Part shown: one piece after another, positions 1-9,593 of the stretch
How the letters are laid out: every line of letters begins with the position of its first letter
Position numbering within the stretch: the stretch's first letter is position 1
IMG/VR virus record: IMGVR_UViG_3300008262_000047
Strand: one strand, 5' to 3'
From: a virus
DNA length: 64,000 nucleotides
Notes under the pieces: generated by a model
Databases searched by the model: none
What the model was told of the DNA's origin: nothing
The model's input: only the letters and a program-made list of their open reading frames with translations
Program-made: the position numbers and the translations under genes

Positions 1-155
1 GTACAGGTGCTTCAACATTGACAAGTAACGGTGTATTGTATGGTAATGGCACAGGCGCCATTCAAGCAACAGCAGCAGGCACAAACAATTACTTCTTGAA
101 GTCAAACAATGGCACACCAAGTTGGTCAAATGTCATTGATGGTGGTACTTACTAA
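1..155 (+). CDS. C-terminal end of a tail-fibre/virion structural protein (partial, runs off window start)
   Basis: Frame from nt 3 reads TGASTLTSNGVLYGNGTGAIQATAAG...NVIDGGTY*; G/T-rich with the DGGTY C-terminus common in T4-like fibre proteins. Confidence 0.7.
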   Translation, partial: TGASTLTSNGVLYGNGTGAIQATAAGTNNYFLKSNNGTPSWSNVIDGGTY

Positions 156-176
156 TAATCTGAATAGAGACTCGTT

Positions 177-359
177 ATGGACACACAAAAACTTTTAAAC
201 AAGTACATCGCCTCTTTGGGTGAACAAGTCAAACAGTTAACAATGGAAAAAACAATGTTATCTGCCCAACTTGCTCTCACCCAAGAGGAGTTGGAAGAAA
301 TGAAAAAGAAGTTAGATACTTCCCCGGCATCTGAAGAAAATAGTCAATGGCAACAATAA
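177..359 (+). CDS. small coiled-coil hypothetical protein
   Basis: 60-aa heptad-rich ORF between structural genes. Confidence 0.6.
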   Translation: MDTQKLLNKYIASLGEQVKQLTMEKTMLSAQLALTQEELEEMKKKLDTSPASEENSQWQQ

Positions 360-700
360 TTAAACTTAAAAGAAGCGAGTTAGCATTAGCTATACCAACC
401 GTCAATGATTTGGCGGTTGGTGAACTTGCTATAAATTCAATTGATAAAATCTTTTATATTAGAAAATCAAATGATGAAATTGTACCTGTTGCCAATTACG
501 TTGATATTGATCCAAGTGAAATTGACACCCGTTTAGATGCTGTTGAAACTGCTTTGTTAGGCTCAGTGTTCCCGTCAGGAGATTACGGGGATTTAGATGC
601 TTTAACTGTAGATGCGTTTGGCGTCTTAGTGAGTAGATCCTATGATTGTTTAACGACACCGGCAGGATCTTTGTTAGAAACAGATTTAGAAAGTCTTTAA
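347..700 (+). CDS. virion structural protein (fibre-attachment-type N-terminus)
   Basis: IKLKRS...L..GELAIN..D motif typical of phage fibre N-terminal modules. Confidence 0.6.
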   Translation: MATIIKLKRSELALAIPTVNDLAVGELAINSIDKIFYIRKSNDEIVPVANYVDIDPSEIDTRLDAVETALLGSVFPSGDYGDLDALTVDAFGVLVSRSYDCLTTPAGSLLETDLESL

Positions 701-731
701 TATAAAATATAGAGATACAGGAGATTTATAG

Positions 732-1451
732 ATGCCAACACAGGTGCAGTTTCGTAGAGGAACAACAACACAAAATAATAATTTCACCGGCGCTGCGGGT
801 GAAATTTCGGTAGACACAACTCTTAAAACTCTACGTGTTCATGATGGCACCACCCAAGGTGGGTTTTCTTTGGCAAAATCTGATTTGTCTAATACAACAG
901 CCATTACACCTACAAGTGTGTCTACATTAACAAACAAAACTGTTACGTTAGGTAATAACACAATAACAGGGACTATTGCAGAATTTAATACCGCGTTAAC
1001 TGACAGCGATTTTGCCACGTTAGCGGGCACAGAAACATTAACAAACAAGACGCTAACAAGTCCTACGCTAACAAGTCCTACACTGACAACACCTACGTTG
1101 GGTGTGGCATCAGCAACATCGGTTGCATTGGCTAACGGTATTCTTCGTTCAGCTACACTGACAACCTCCGCCACAACAGCAAATCAAGTAGCGGATAGTA
1201 TTGCAATTGCAACGTATAGAAGTGTGAAATATCAAATTTCCATCACATCAGGTTCTGCATATCATATGACTGAAGTAAGTATCATCCACGATGGAACTGA
1301 TGCATACATCACTGAATATGGTACTATTTTGACAGGGGTATCATTGGCGTCATTTGATGCAGATATCTCAGGGGGCAATCTTCGTCTGTTGACAACACCT
1401 GCAAATGCCTCAACGGTGTATAAGATTGTAGCAACAGCAATCAATGTCTAA
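732..1451 (+). CDS. tail fibre protein with Mtd_N-like N-terminal domain
   Basis: QVQFRRGTT...FTGAAGEISVDT...LRVHDG..GG motif; TLTNKT repeats; SD aggag. Confidence 0.75.
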   Translation: MPTQVQFRRGTTTQNNNFTGAAGEISVDTTLKTLRVHDGTTQGGFSLAKSDLSNTTAITPTSVSTLTNKTVTLGNNTITGTIAEFNTALTDSDFATLAGTETLTNKTLTSPTLTSPTLTTPTLGVASATSVALANGILRSATLTTSATTANQVADSIAIATYRSVKYQISITSGSAYHMTEVSIIHDGTDAYITEYGTILTGVSLASFDADISGGNLRLLTTPANASTVYKIVATAINV

Positions 1452-2314
1452 TGGCTATCCAATCATCAGGTGCCGTTTCTCTAGGGAACATTAACCAAGA
1501 ATTGGGGCGAAGCCTTACTGCCAGTATAGGATTACGTTTGGCAGAAATAGGCTCATATGTAACAATAAATACCGGTTCAACATCTAGACCAAATGGTCAA
1601 GCACCCCACACAATGTCAGAATGGCGGGGGTATAACCATACAGCCTCAGTGGGTCCCACTATAACCAATGCGGTAACATATGATAGTGGGGCAGGTAACA
1701 ACTATGTTTACTCACTATCTTTTTCCATACCGAGTTCAGGCCCCTATTATATACAGGTGCAAAATATTACAACAGGTAGTTATTCCGGATTATATGGATT
1801 CAGTGGTACAACAGGTACGGTAAACGCTAGTACAGAGGTAGCCTGCCAGAATGTATCTTTTCGTATGCGATTATACAATTATAACACAGGACAATATTTA
1901 CCTTTTGGGCCCACATATACACTTTATGCCCCACCACCTCAATACGGGGAATATTTGTCAACTGCATATTGTAGTGGATATACTCTGTATGGAAATTTTG
2001 CTAATGGGAATTGTGGTTCATATGTAGATGTTGCTGAATATGATTCTCCCACATGTGGTTATACTGGAGGTGGTGGCGGTTCTTGTGGGGGAAACCACAC
2101 CGGTAGTGCATGTTGTAGTGCAAATGGCACGGGATTCTGGGCATTTAATAGTGATTGTGGTGATAGTTCGAGAGTTGATTTATATTATGACTCAAATGCA
2201 TGTTACTATACTGGAGATGGTAGTTGTGTATCCCACACAGGAACATATAATAATGGAGTATATATCTATTATATGACGAATGGGTGTTTAAGTTATTTTG
2301 TTGGTTCCTGCTAA
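1451..2314 (+). CDS. putative receptor-binding/adhesin-like protein, Cys/Tyr/Gly-rich C-terminus
   Basis: N-terminal SSGAVSLGNINQELG module, coupled to upstream fibre gene (TAATG overlap); 12 Cys. Confidence 0.55.
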   Translation: MAIQSSGAVSLGNINQELGRSLTASIGLRLAEIGSYVTINTGSTSRPNGQAPHTMSEWRGYNHTASVGPTITNAVTYDSGAGNNYVYSLSFSIPSSGPYYIQVQNITTGSYSGLYGFSGTTGTVNASTEVACQNVSFRMRLYNYNTGQYLPFGPTYTLYAPPPQYGEYLSTAYCSGYTLYGNFANGNCGSYVDVAEYDSPTCGYTGGGGGSCGGNHTGSACCSANGTGFWAFNSDCGDSSRVDLYYDSNACYYTGDGSCVSHTGTYNNGVYIYYMTNGCLSYFVGSC

Positions 2315-2325
2315 CTTTTATTATC

Positions 2326-2829
2326 ATGCCTAAAACAATAAGTAATTTTCTTACACAGTCTGAACGTCTAGACTGTCTCGCAGAATCATTAGAAATTTCA
2401 GAATACATTATTCTGAACTCTACCATAGATATGGCTATGTGTATAAAGTATAGACATCATGTAACTGAATATTTCAACAATGAAAATCTACAAATTGCAG
2501 GAACAATCAAAATATCACACCAATCCACTAAGATAAATCTTAACGATATCATACAGAATAATGTGTTTCCTATTACACCCACTCACATGGCTGTAGTATC
2601 ATTGGCCGCGCTTTCTCCGCAGGACAGAGTTATGCATATTCGTCAAGGGGATGAGTTTATTATGGAACCATTTCCTTTAGAACTTGACCAGGGGTGCGTA
2701 CACGCACTTCAAAATCATACACATCTAGTCATCCCCACAAAATATTGGATAGACAATAGTGATGTAACACTATCAGCCGATAGCTGTGTGAGATTGTATC
2801 TACTATATGGTAATATAAATACACAGTAA
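2326..2829 (+). CDS. hypothetical protein
   Basis: ORF filling the gap after the adhesin-like gene; ATG 2326 preferred over GTG 2284. Confidence 0.5.
   Translation: MPKTISNFLTQSERLDCLAESLEISEYIILNSTIDMAMCIKYRHHVTEYFNNENLQIAGTIKISHQSTKINLNDIIQNNVFPITPTHMAVVSLAALSPQDRVMHIRQGDEFIMEPFPLELDQGCVHALQNHTHLVIPTKYWIDNSDVTLSADSCVRLYLLYGNINTQ
2814..2821 (+). promoter_or_regulatory. T4-type late promoter TATAAATA
   Basis: Exact consensus upstream of the tail-fibre gene; gp55 present in window. Confidence 0.75.
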
Positions 2830-2853
2830 CCCTGCCACCGAGGATAGAGAATC

Positions 2854-5283
2854 ATGGCAACCACAAAACGTTTTGTCGCAAAAAATGGATTAGATAACAA
2901 CGCTCAAAGTATTACAAATGTAGGTGTTGCAGGAGCAACTCTTACAATGTCAAACGCCCACAGTTTGACATTAACAACATCAGGAAATTCAACATTAACA
3001 GTTCCCTCAGGATCAGCCACATTACTTTCTAGTGGTGGTGCATTGGGAACTCCCAGTTCAGGCACATTAACCAACTGCTCAGGACTTCCTGTATCAACAG
3101 GTATTTCAGGATTGGGCACAGGTGTTGCCACATTCTTAGCAACACCATCAAGTGCCAACCTATTAGCGGCTGTCACAGATGAAACAGGCACAGGCGCATT
3201 GGTGTTTGCCAATACCCCAACACTTGTCACACCCACGTTAGGTGTGGCAACAGCAACTAGTGTCAACAAAGTTGCCATCACAGCTCCCGCGACATCAGCA
3301 ACATTAACCATTGCTGATGGCAAGACATTAACAGCAAGTAACACATTGACACTTACAGGTACCGATTCAAGTTCTGTGGCATTTGGCGCAGGCGGTACCG
3401 TGGCATATACATCAAATAATCTCAGTGCATTTGCCTCAACATCATCGTCTGAATTGGCAGGAGTACTTTCAGACGAGACAGGTACAGGCGCCTTGGTATT
3501 TGCCAATACCCCAACACTTGTTACACCTGTTCTTGGTACACCTACGTCAGGTACTTTATCAAACTGTACCGGTCTTCCTGTATCAACAGGTATTTCTGGA
3601 TTGGGTACAGGTGTTGCCACATTCTTAGCAACACCAACAAGCGCAAATCTTCTTGCAGCAGTCACAGATGAAACAGGCACAGGTACTTTAGTATTCTCTG
3701 CTAGCCCTACATTCACAGGAACCGTTAGCGCCGCTAATTTGACATTGAGTGGCGATTTAACTGTGAACGGTACAACTACTACAATTAATTCAACAACAAT
3801 TTCTGTTGACGATAAGAATATTGAATTAGGTGCTGTTTCATCTCCTTCCAATACAACGGCTGATAATGGTGGTATCACATTAAAAGGTACAACAGACAAA
3901 ACATTTAATTGGGTAAACTCTACAGGTGCCTGGACAAGTTCTGAGCACATTGAAATTGCCTCGGGTAAGAGTTTGTTCCTCAAAGGTTCAACATCAGGAA
4001 CCATCACAGTATCTCCTGCTGCAACAGCAGGCACTAACACTCTTACTATCCCAGCAGTAACAGGTACTGTTGTTACAACAGGTGACACAGGAAGTGTCAC
4101 AAACACCATGTTGGCGGGAAGTATTGCTAATACTAAACTTACTAATAGTACCATCTCAGGTGTGGCGTTAGGTAGTAATTTAAATACATTGACAATTGGT
4201 ACTGGGTTGTCAGGCACAAGTTATAACGGATCCGCAGGTGTCACAATTGCCAATACAGGTGTCACAAGTAACGTGGCAGGTACAGGTATTTCTGTGTCAG
4301 GTGCTACAGGTGCTGTCACTATCACCAACTCAGGTGTAACAAGTGCTGTTGCGGGCACAGGTATTTCTGTGTCAGGCGGCACCGGTGCTGTCACCATCAC
4401 CAACTCAGGTGTAACTGCTGTTAACGGCAGTACAGGTTCTGTCACTGTAGCGGCAACCAATCAAACGATGAACATTGGTACCACGGCCGTTGCCATTAAT
4501 CGAGGTTCGGCAAACTTAGCGTTGACAGGTATTTCAAGTGTGGCAATGCCAGGCTCAACATCAGGTACAGTGACATTACAACCTGCAGCAACAGCAGGCA
4601 CCACAACAATCACATTACCCGCTACAACAGGTACTGTGATTACATCAGGTGATTCAAGTACAGTTACGAATACCATGTTGGCAGGCAGTATTGCCAACGC
4701 TAAGTTGTCTAACAGTTCCGTTACTGTCACAGCGGGCACAGGTATGTCAGGCGGCGGTTCTGTTGCACTTGGTAGTTCAATAACCTTGACAAATGCGGGT
4801 GTCACAGGTATCACTGGAGGAACAGGTGTGTCTGCATCAGCCTCAACAGGCAGCGTAACGGTGTCTATCGGACAAGCAGTAGCAACATCCTCAAACGTAC
4901 AATTCAATAGTATAGGTGTCAATACAGGGGCATCAGGTACAGCAGGTGAAATTCGGGCAACAAACGAAATCACAGCCTATTACTCTGACGCACGACTAAA
5001 GAACTTCCATGGGAAGATTGAAAAGGCAGGTGAAAAGGTAGCGGCATTAAATGGTTACTACTTCACAGAAAATGAACTTGCCAAGTCATTGGGATATAGT
5101 AATGATAAGATGCAAATCGGTGTAAGTGCCCAAGAAGTGCAGGAAGTATTACCTGAAGCTGTGGCATCTGCTCCCATTGATGATAAATATTTGACGGTAA
5201 AGTATGAAAAACTTGTTCCTCTTTTGATTGAAGCTATCAAGGAATTACAAGCTGAAGTTGCTGAATTGAAAAAGCAAAGATAA
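2854..5283 (+). CDS. long tail fibre protein with C-terminal intramolecular chaperone (peptidase S74-like)
   Basis: T/S/G-rich repeats; C-terminal YYSDARLK...AQEVQEVLPEAV...YEKLVPLLIEAIKEL autocleavage chaperone signature. Confidence 0.85.
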   Translation: MATTKRFVAKNGLDNNAQSITNVGVAGATLTMSNAHSLTLTTSGNSTLTVPSGSATLLSSGGALGTPSSGTLTNCSGLPVSTGISGLGTGVATFLATPSSANLLAAVTDETGTGALVFANTPTLVTPTLGVATATSVNKVAITAPATSATLTIADGKTLTASNTLTLTGTDSSSVAFGAGGTVAYTSNNLSAFASTSSSELAGVLSDETGTGALVFANTPTLVTPVLGTPTSGTLSNCTGLPVSTGISGLGTGVATFLATPTSANLLAAVTDETGTGTLVFSASPTFTGTVSAANLTLSGDLTVNGTTTTINSTTISVDDKNIELGAVSSPSNTTADNGGITLKGTTDKTFNWVNSTGAWTSSEHIEIASGKSLFLKGSTSGTITVSPAATAGTNTLTIPAVTGTVVTTGDTGSVTNTMLAGSIANTKLTNSTISGVALGSNLNTLTIGTGLSGTSYNGSAGVTIANTGVTSNVAGTGISVSGATGAVTITNSGVTSAVAGTGISVSGGTGAVTITNSGVTAVNGSTGSVTVAATNQTMNIGTTAVAINRGSANLALTGISSVAMPGSTSGTVTLQPAATAGTTTITLPATTGTVITSGDSSTVTNTMLAGSIANAKLSNSSVTVTAGTGMSGGGSVALGSSITLTNAGVTGITGGTGVSASASTGSVTVSIGQAVATSSNVQFNSIGVNTGASGTAGEIRATNEITAYYSDARLKNFHGKIEKAGEKVAALNGYYFTENELAKSLGYSNDKMQIGVSAQEVQEVLPEAVASAPIDDKYLTVKYEKLVPLLIEAIKELQAEVAELKKQR
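3079..3683 (+). repeat. internal direct duplication within tail fibre (about 3079-3195 vs 3568-3683)
   Basis: GLPVSTGISGLGTGVATFLATP.SANLLAAVTDETGTG repeated with near-identical DNA. Confidence 0.85.
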
Positions 5284-5295
5284 TAGGAGTACGTC

Positions 5296-5502
5296 ATGGG
5301 GTTACTACCAGCAACTGGTTCCGCTATAACGATGGGCCGTGTGCGTAATGCATACGGCCTATCAGGAGCAGCTCGATTACGTGCTGACTTGGCACAGGCG
5401 GTTAATAACAATCCTGTAGGTACTGCACCAAACATTAATCTATCAGGTCAAGTACGCCTATCTATTGATTTTGGTGGAAGAACCACGCCTTTCAACTACT
5501 AA
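5296..5502 (+). CDS. small fibre-associated protein
   Basis: LPATGSAITMGRVRNAYG resembles the N-terminal module of 1451..2314; SD aggag. Confidence 0.6.
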   Translation: MGLLPATGSAITMGRVRNAYGLSGAARLRADLAQAVNNNPVGTAPNINLSGQVRLSIDFGGRTTPFNY

Positions 5503-5510
5503 TATACATA

Positions 5511-5539
5511 TTGACAAATAGATATTAACATATTATATT
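5511..5539 (+). promoter_or_regulatory. sigma70-type promoter
   Basis: TTGACA-17 bp-TATATT upstream of 5567. Confidence 0.65.
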
Positions 5540-5566
5540 TTTACTATTCTTTTTGTGGAGTGAAAC

Positions 5567-6025
5567 ATGAGTACAATTACATTTGAACAATTATTAGATG
5601 TCATCAACGAAAACCCATCGGAATATGAAGAACGATATGTCCGATGGGTTACCGTTGCCCATGATAAAAAGAAGTTAACTGAACTTCTGTATGAATTGAA
5701 ATATCTAAAGGAAGAAAACAAGTGGCCTGAAAGAATACAACTACTTGAAGAAATTCTTGAAGAAACAGGGCATGAACATTGCTACAATCTTTTGGTGAAT
5801 GAGCCACAAACCGCTCGTTTCGCTTTGATTGAAAAATTTGCTCGTCAAGCCGCCATGGAAGTATTAATTTTTGACCGATATGGTATTGAAACATTAAATA
5901 TCATCACACAACTCCCACTTGCTGATTATCAATTGGTGGTGAAGCGAGTTTATGAAATTGTCACGATGATTCGTGACATCACAACATCCACTACATCATT
6001 GGCACAAGGATTGGCGGGTGTATGA
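5567..6025 (+). CDS. hypothetical protein
   Basis: 152-aa helical ORF, SD ggag, first gene of the GT operon. Confidence 0.7.
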   Translation: MSTITFEQLLDVINENPSEYEERYVRWVTVAHDKKKLTELLYELKYLKEENKWPERIQLLEEILEETGHEHCYNLLVNEPQTARFALIEKFARQAAMEVLIFDRYGIETLNIITQLPLADYQLVVKRVYEIVTMIRDITTSTTSLAQGLAGV

Positions 6026-6720
6026 AGAAGAACATTTATGGTTTGAGTGCATGGAGATTTCAACCCACGAAATTGGCAATTCTTGTTCCATGTCGAGAAA
6101 ATATGTACAGTTTATTCGCATCATCACTTGTTGAATTAGTGAAAACAACAACGATGGTGGGTATTGATGTGCATGTACTTTATAATCAAAGTACTATTCT
6201 ATTAACCCAACGAGAAAAGTTGGCACAACAAGCACTTGAAATTAACGCTGATTATGCCCTATGGCTAGATTCTGACATGTTATTTCCCAGCAGTGCAGCA
6301 TTACGATTAATGGGACACAATAAGGATGTTGTCTGTTCCAACTACATGAAACGTTCTGTTCCTTTACAGACAGTTGCCTATCCTGAACGAGGTGACTGGG
6401 ACAATTGGTTGCCATTGGAATATGACCAAGAATTACAAGAAGTTGAGGGGGTTGGCATGGGGTGTGTCATGATGAAAACCGAAGTGTTAACAAAAATTCA
6501 ACCTCCCTATTTTGCTTTTGAGTATAAAGATAAAGAATGGCATGGTGAAGATTTCTACTTCCAAAAGAAATTACGCGATGCGGGATATAAGATTTGGGTG
6601 GACATGAATCTCAGCCGCCAAGTACGTCATGTAGGACAATGGGCGTTTGGTCCATCCATTGATGTGAATGACGAAAAGATTGTTAAAAAACATAAAGCTA
6701 AAATGAAGAAGGAGTCATAA
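6022..6720 (+). CDS. glycosyltransferase, GT-A/GT2-like
   Basis: ALWLDSDM (DxD), GMGCVMM, GEDFYF, H-VG motifs. Confidence 0.8.
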   Translation: MKKNIYGLSAWRFQPTKLAILVPCRENMYSLFASSLVELVKTTTMVGIDVHVLYNQSTILLTQREKLAQQALEINADYALWLDSDMLFPSSAALRLMGHNKDVVCSNYMKRSVPLQTVAYPERGDWDNWLPLEYDQELQEVEGVGMGCVMMKTEVLTKIQPPYFAFEYKDKEWHGEDFYFQKKLRDAGYKIWVDMNLSRQVRHVGQWAFGPSIDVNDEKIVKKHKAKMKKES

Positions 6721-6721
6721 T

Positions 6722-7825
6722 ATGTTGAAAGGTGAAAGTTGGTTAGCCCATAGTGATTTGTTCACGAAATATTGGATTGTTGAAACAAAGCCATGGGTTC
6801 GTTCTCTTGGCTGGTTCACTGATTTTGAACAGACAGTCCGAGATTCTAAAGGGTGGGCTCAGGCGGGTGAAAAGGAACTCACCATTTATGAATACATCAA
6901 TGTGTTGGAAGAAAAAGGCTCAGAGAGAAAAATTTATCAGCATGCCAATGGCAAGTGGCAACACATTTCAGCTCCTTTAGTATTCGTTGTTCGAAAAAAT
7001 GATGAACTTGTATTCATTGCAGGTTGGGCAGGAGACCCCAAAACTATCAGAGAATATCAATCTCAAAGTGTGGATCCATGGGACTGGCCGGAAAAGATTA
7101 TTGTTGATGTCAATCCTCTAGCAGCAATTCACACATTGAAATTTAATCGCACAGAAAATTTAGAAACTCCTGTATTTTTTGCCAGTAACGGCGAAACAAA
7201 TGCAGATGAGAATTGGGAACACCTTGTTAAAATGTGTCCGCGAGCTGTCCGTATTGATGGAATTAACGGTCGTAGAAAAATGTTTTTACGCTGTGTGGAT
7301 TTATCAGAAGGGGCATCCCACTTCTTTGTAGTCACAGGAAAAAACAAATTAACTGACAAAACAATTTTTGATTATCCAGTAAAAGATGCACCGCGGGCAC
7401 ATCTCGTATTTAATGCTAAAAATATGAGTAATCGTCTAGAATATGGACACATGGGTGTCGTGGCATATAATACCGATTTGGTTCTTAGCACCCCTGAAAA
7501 CTTTGGTCTGGACTTCACCTCATATAGTCCCATTCATACAGTGCCGCGAACCGTATCAGAAGCCACATTTGCCACTAGTCCATTTGAGGCTTGGCGAACA
7601 GCATTCCGTGAGTGTGTGAAACTCACGTTACGAAATTCAATAAATGACCAACATTGGTTGGCACGTTGGATGGCGTTTGCCGAGGGAGTTCATAGTAATT
7701 GGGTACTTATTGGTGCAAAAGAAGGGCATGAATTTGCTCTACGATATAAAGATTCCCCCGATGAATTACGGAACACTGTTGATTGGAATTGGCTTGATAA
7801 TCACTTCAAAACAACGCACACATAA
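6722..7825 (+). CDS. conserved phage protein, probable glycosyltransferase-like
   Basis: NGETNADENWEHL..RIDG, N.LEYGH, GLDFT, AWRTAFRE.VKL motifs recalled from GT-like proteins of large phages; operon with GT2. Confidence 0.5.
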   Translation: MLKGESWLAHSDLFTKYWIVETKPWVRSLGWFTDFEQTVRDSKGWAQAGEKELTIYEYINVLEEKGSERKIYQHANGKWQHISAPLVFVVRKNDELVFIAGWAGDPKTIREYQSQSVDPWDWPEKIIVDVNPLAAIHTLKFNRTENLETPVFFASNGETNADENWEHLVKMCPRAVRIDGINGRRKMFLRCVDLSEGASHFFVVTGKNKLTDKTIFDYPVKDAPRAHLVFNAKNMSNRLEYGHMGVVAYNTDLVLSTPENFGLDFTSYSPIHTVPRTVSEATFATSPFEAWRTAFRECVKLTLRNSINDQHWLARWMAFAEGVHSNWVLIGAKEGHEFALRYKDSPDELRNTVDWNWLDNHFKTTHT

Positions 7826-7833
7826 TCAATTCT

Positions 7834-7841
7834 TATAAATA
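7834..7841 (+). promoter_or_regulatory. T4-type late promoter TATAAATA
   Basis: Exact consensus upstream of gp13. Confidence 0.8.
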
Positions 7842-7875
7842 GTTATTGTACTCATATCAATAGTTGAGGAAGATT

Positions 7876-8853
7876 ATGACAGCAATAACCACACGACAAC
7901 AATTAAAAGATTATTGTTTGCGTCGTTTAGGGTATCCCGTCATTGAAATCAATGTAGATGACGACCAAATAGAAGATAGAATTCAAGATGCCATTGACTT
8001 CTTTCATGAGTATCATTTCGATGGGGTGGAACGTGTTTATTTCACCCCAAAAATCACTTTATCTGAACTCTTTCTTTCAGGTATTTTAGGTGAAAATTTT
8101 GAGATAGGTGAGACCGTAGAAGGGGCAACATCAGAAGCCATAGGTGTTGTTGTTAGAAAATCACCTGGTATTTTAGTTATTAAAGGAGATGATCCTTTAA
8201 GACCTTTCGTTGCTAGTGAAGTTATTACAGGTTCCAATTCAGGATTTTCAACTACACTTCGAAACACGAATCCATATTTTGCAGGAACATTTGCAAAAAA
8301 ATATTTTGATGTAGCGGACCCGGTCACAGGTGTTATCCGCGTTTTCCCATTGGGGTCAGCAGGATCAAGTTCAGCAGGCACCACAAATATTTTCAATGTT
8401 GTATATCAATTCAGATTGAATGACATGTATAATTTGTTGTCATCTGATGTTACATATTACAATCAAGTGAAAATGCACTTACAATTACTTGATGATATGT
8501 TTGCGGGTAATAGAACTATTCGTTTCAATAGAAAAATGAATCGTTTGTATATTGATGTAAATTGGGAAGAAACTTTCTCTGAGGGTGATTATGTGGCAGT
8601 TGAGGCTTTTGTGATGGTTGAACCAGAAACATTCACAGAAGTATATAATGATATGTTTTTAAAGAGATATGCCACAGCCCTTATCAAACGTCAATGGGGT
8701 ACAAACTTAAAGAAGTTCCAAGGTATGCAACTTCCGGGCGGCGTTCAAATGGATGGACAACGTATGTTCGAAGAATCCATGGAAGAAATTCGTCAAATCG
8801 AAATAGAAATGCAAAGTCGTTACGAACTTCCTGTTGACTTTATGGTGGGATAA
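7876..8853 (+). CDS. gp13: neck protein gp13
   Basis: LKDYCLRRLGYPVIEINVDDDQ; ALIKRQWG.NLKKF.G.QLPGGV; synteny. Confidence 0.92.
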   Translation: MTAITTRQQLKDYCLRRLGYPVIEINVDDDQIEDRIQDAIDFFHEYHFDGVERVYFTPKITLSELFLSGILGENFEIGETVEGATSEAIGVVVRKSPGILVIKGDDPLRPFVASEVITGSNSGFSTTLRNTNPYFAGTFAKKYFDVADPVTGVIRVFPLGSAGSSSAGTTNIFNVVYQFRLNDMYNLLSSDVTYYNQVKMHLQLLDDMFAGNRTIRFNRKMNRLYIDVNWEETFSEGDYVAVEAFVMVEPETFTEVYNDMFLKRYATALIKRQWGTNLKKFQGMQLPGGVQMDGQRMFEESMEEIRQIEIEMQSRYELPVDFMVG

Positions 8854-9593
8854 TGCCAACCAATTTTTATTTTCAAAGCGGTAACACCTCGGGAGTTACC
8901 AATGAACAGCGACTCTTGGAAGATTTAATCATTGAAAGCATCAAGATTTATGGTCATGATGTATACTATCTTCCTCGTTCATCAGGTAATCAAGATAATG
9001 TATTGGGAGAAGATGTATTAAGTCGCTTTGATACTGCCATTCCATTAGAAATGTATTTGGCAAACATTCAAGGATGGGACGGCAATGGTGAACTATTCAC
9101 AAAGTTTGGTATCAATGTAAATGACCAAGCCACATTCGTTGTTTCAAAACGTAGATGGGAAGATAGTGTAGGAGCCAGTCCCCCGGAATTACTACAACTC
9201 CCATCTCGTCCCGCTGAAGGAGATTTAATTTATCTCCCGAAAACTAACAGTATGTTTGAAATTAAGTTCGTGCAACACCTTGATCCATTCTATCAATTAG
9301 GCAAATTTTACATTTACAGTATGAGTTGTGAATTGTATCAATATAGTTCAGAAGTGTTTTCAACAGGTGTTGCAGAAATTGATGTCACAGTTGACACCAT
9401 TACACAAGATGCCTATGAATATGAAGTGTTAACTCAAACAGGCGGCAGGTTGTTAACACAAGCAGGATTCTCAATTATCAAACAAGATTTCAAAACAATT
9501 GATAATGTACCGTTTTCTGATACAGAATTTTTCGAATCTGAAGGCAGCGACATTCTTGATTTTTCTGAAGTTAATCCATTTGGTGAATACTAA
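8853..9593 (+). CDS. gp14: neck protein gp14
   Basis: ESIKIYG.DVYYLPR, RP.EGDLIY, PFYQLGK, FSE.NPFG. Confidence 0.92.
   Translation: MPTNFYFQSGNTSGVTNEQRLLEDLIIESIKIYGHDVYYLPRSSGNQDNVLGEDVLSRFDTAIPLEMYLANIQGWDGNGELFTKFGINVNDQATFVVSKRRWEDSVGASPPELLQLPSRPAEGDLIYLPKTNSMFEIKFVQHLDPFYQLGKFYIYSMSCELYQYSSEVFSTGVAEIDVTVDTITQDAYEYEVLTQTGGRLLTQAGFSIIKQDFKTIDNVPFSDTEFFESEGSDILDFSEVNPFGEY

Noticed and set aside
1900-2314. Possible diversity-generating-retroelement variable region (Y/N/D/S/G/C-rich C-terminus near an Mtd_N-like gene)
   Set aside because: No template repeat or reverse transcriptase seen in the window; NNT codons are expected from AT bias
2904-4973. Long minus-strand ORFs (437 aa, 170 aa and others) opposite the tail fibre, and similar ones opposite 35112..37373 and gp45
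   Set aside because: Shadow frames of biased or repetitive + strand genes; no RBS, motifs or promoters
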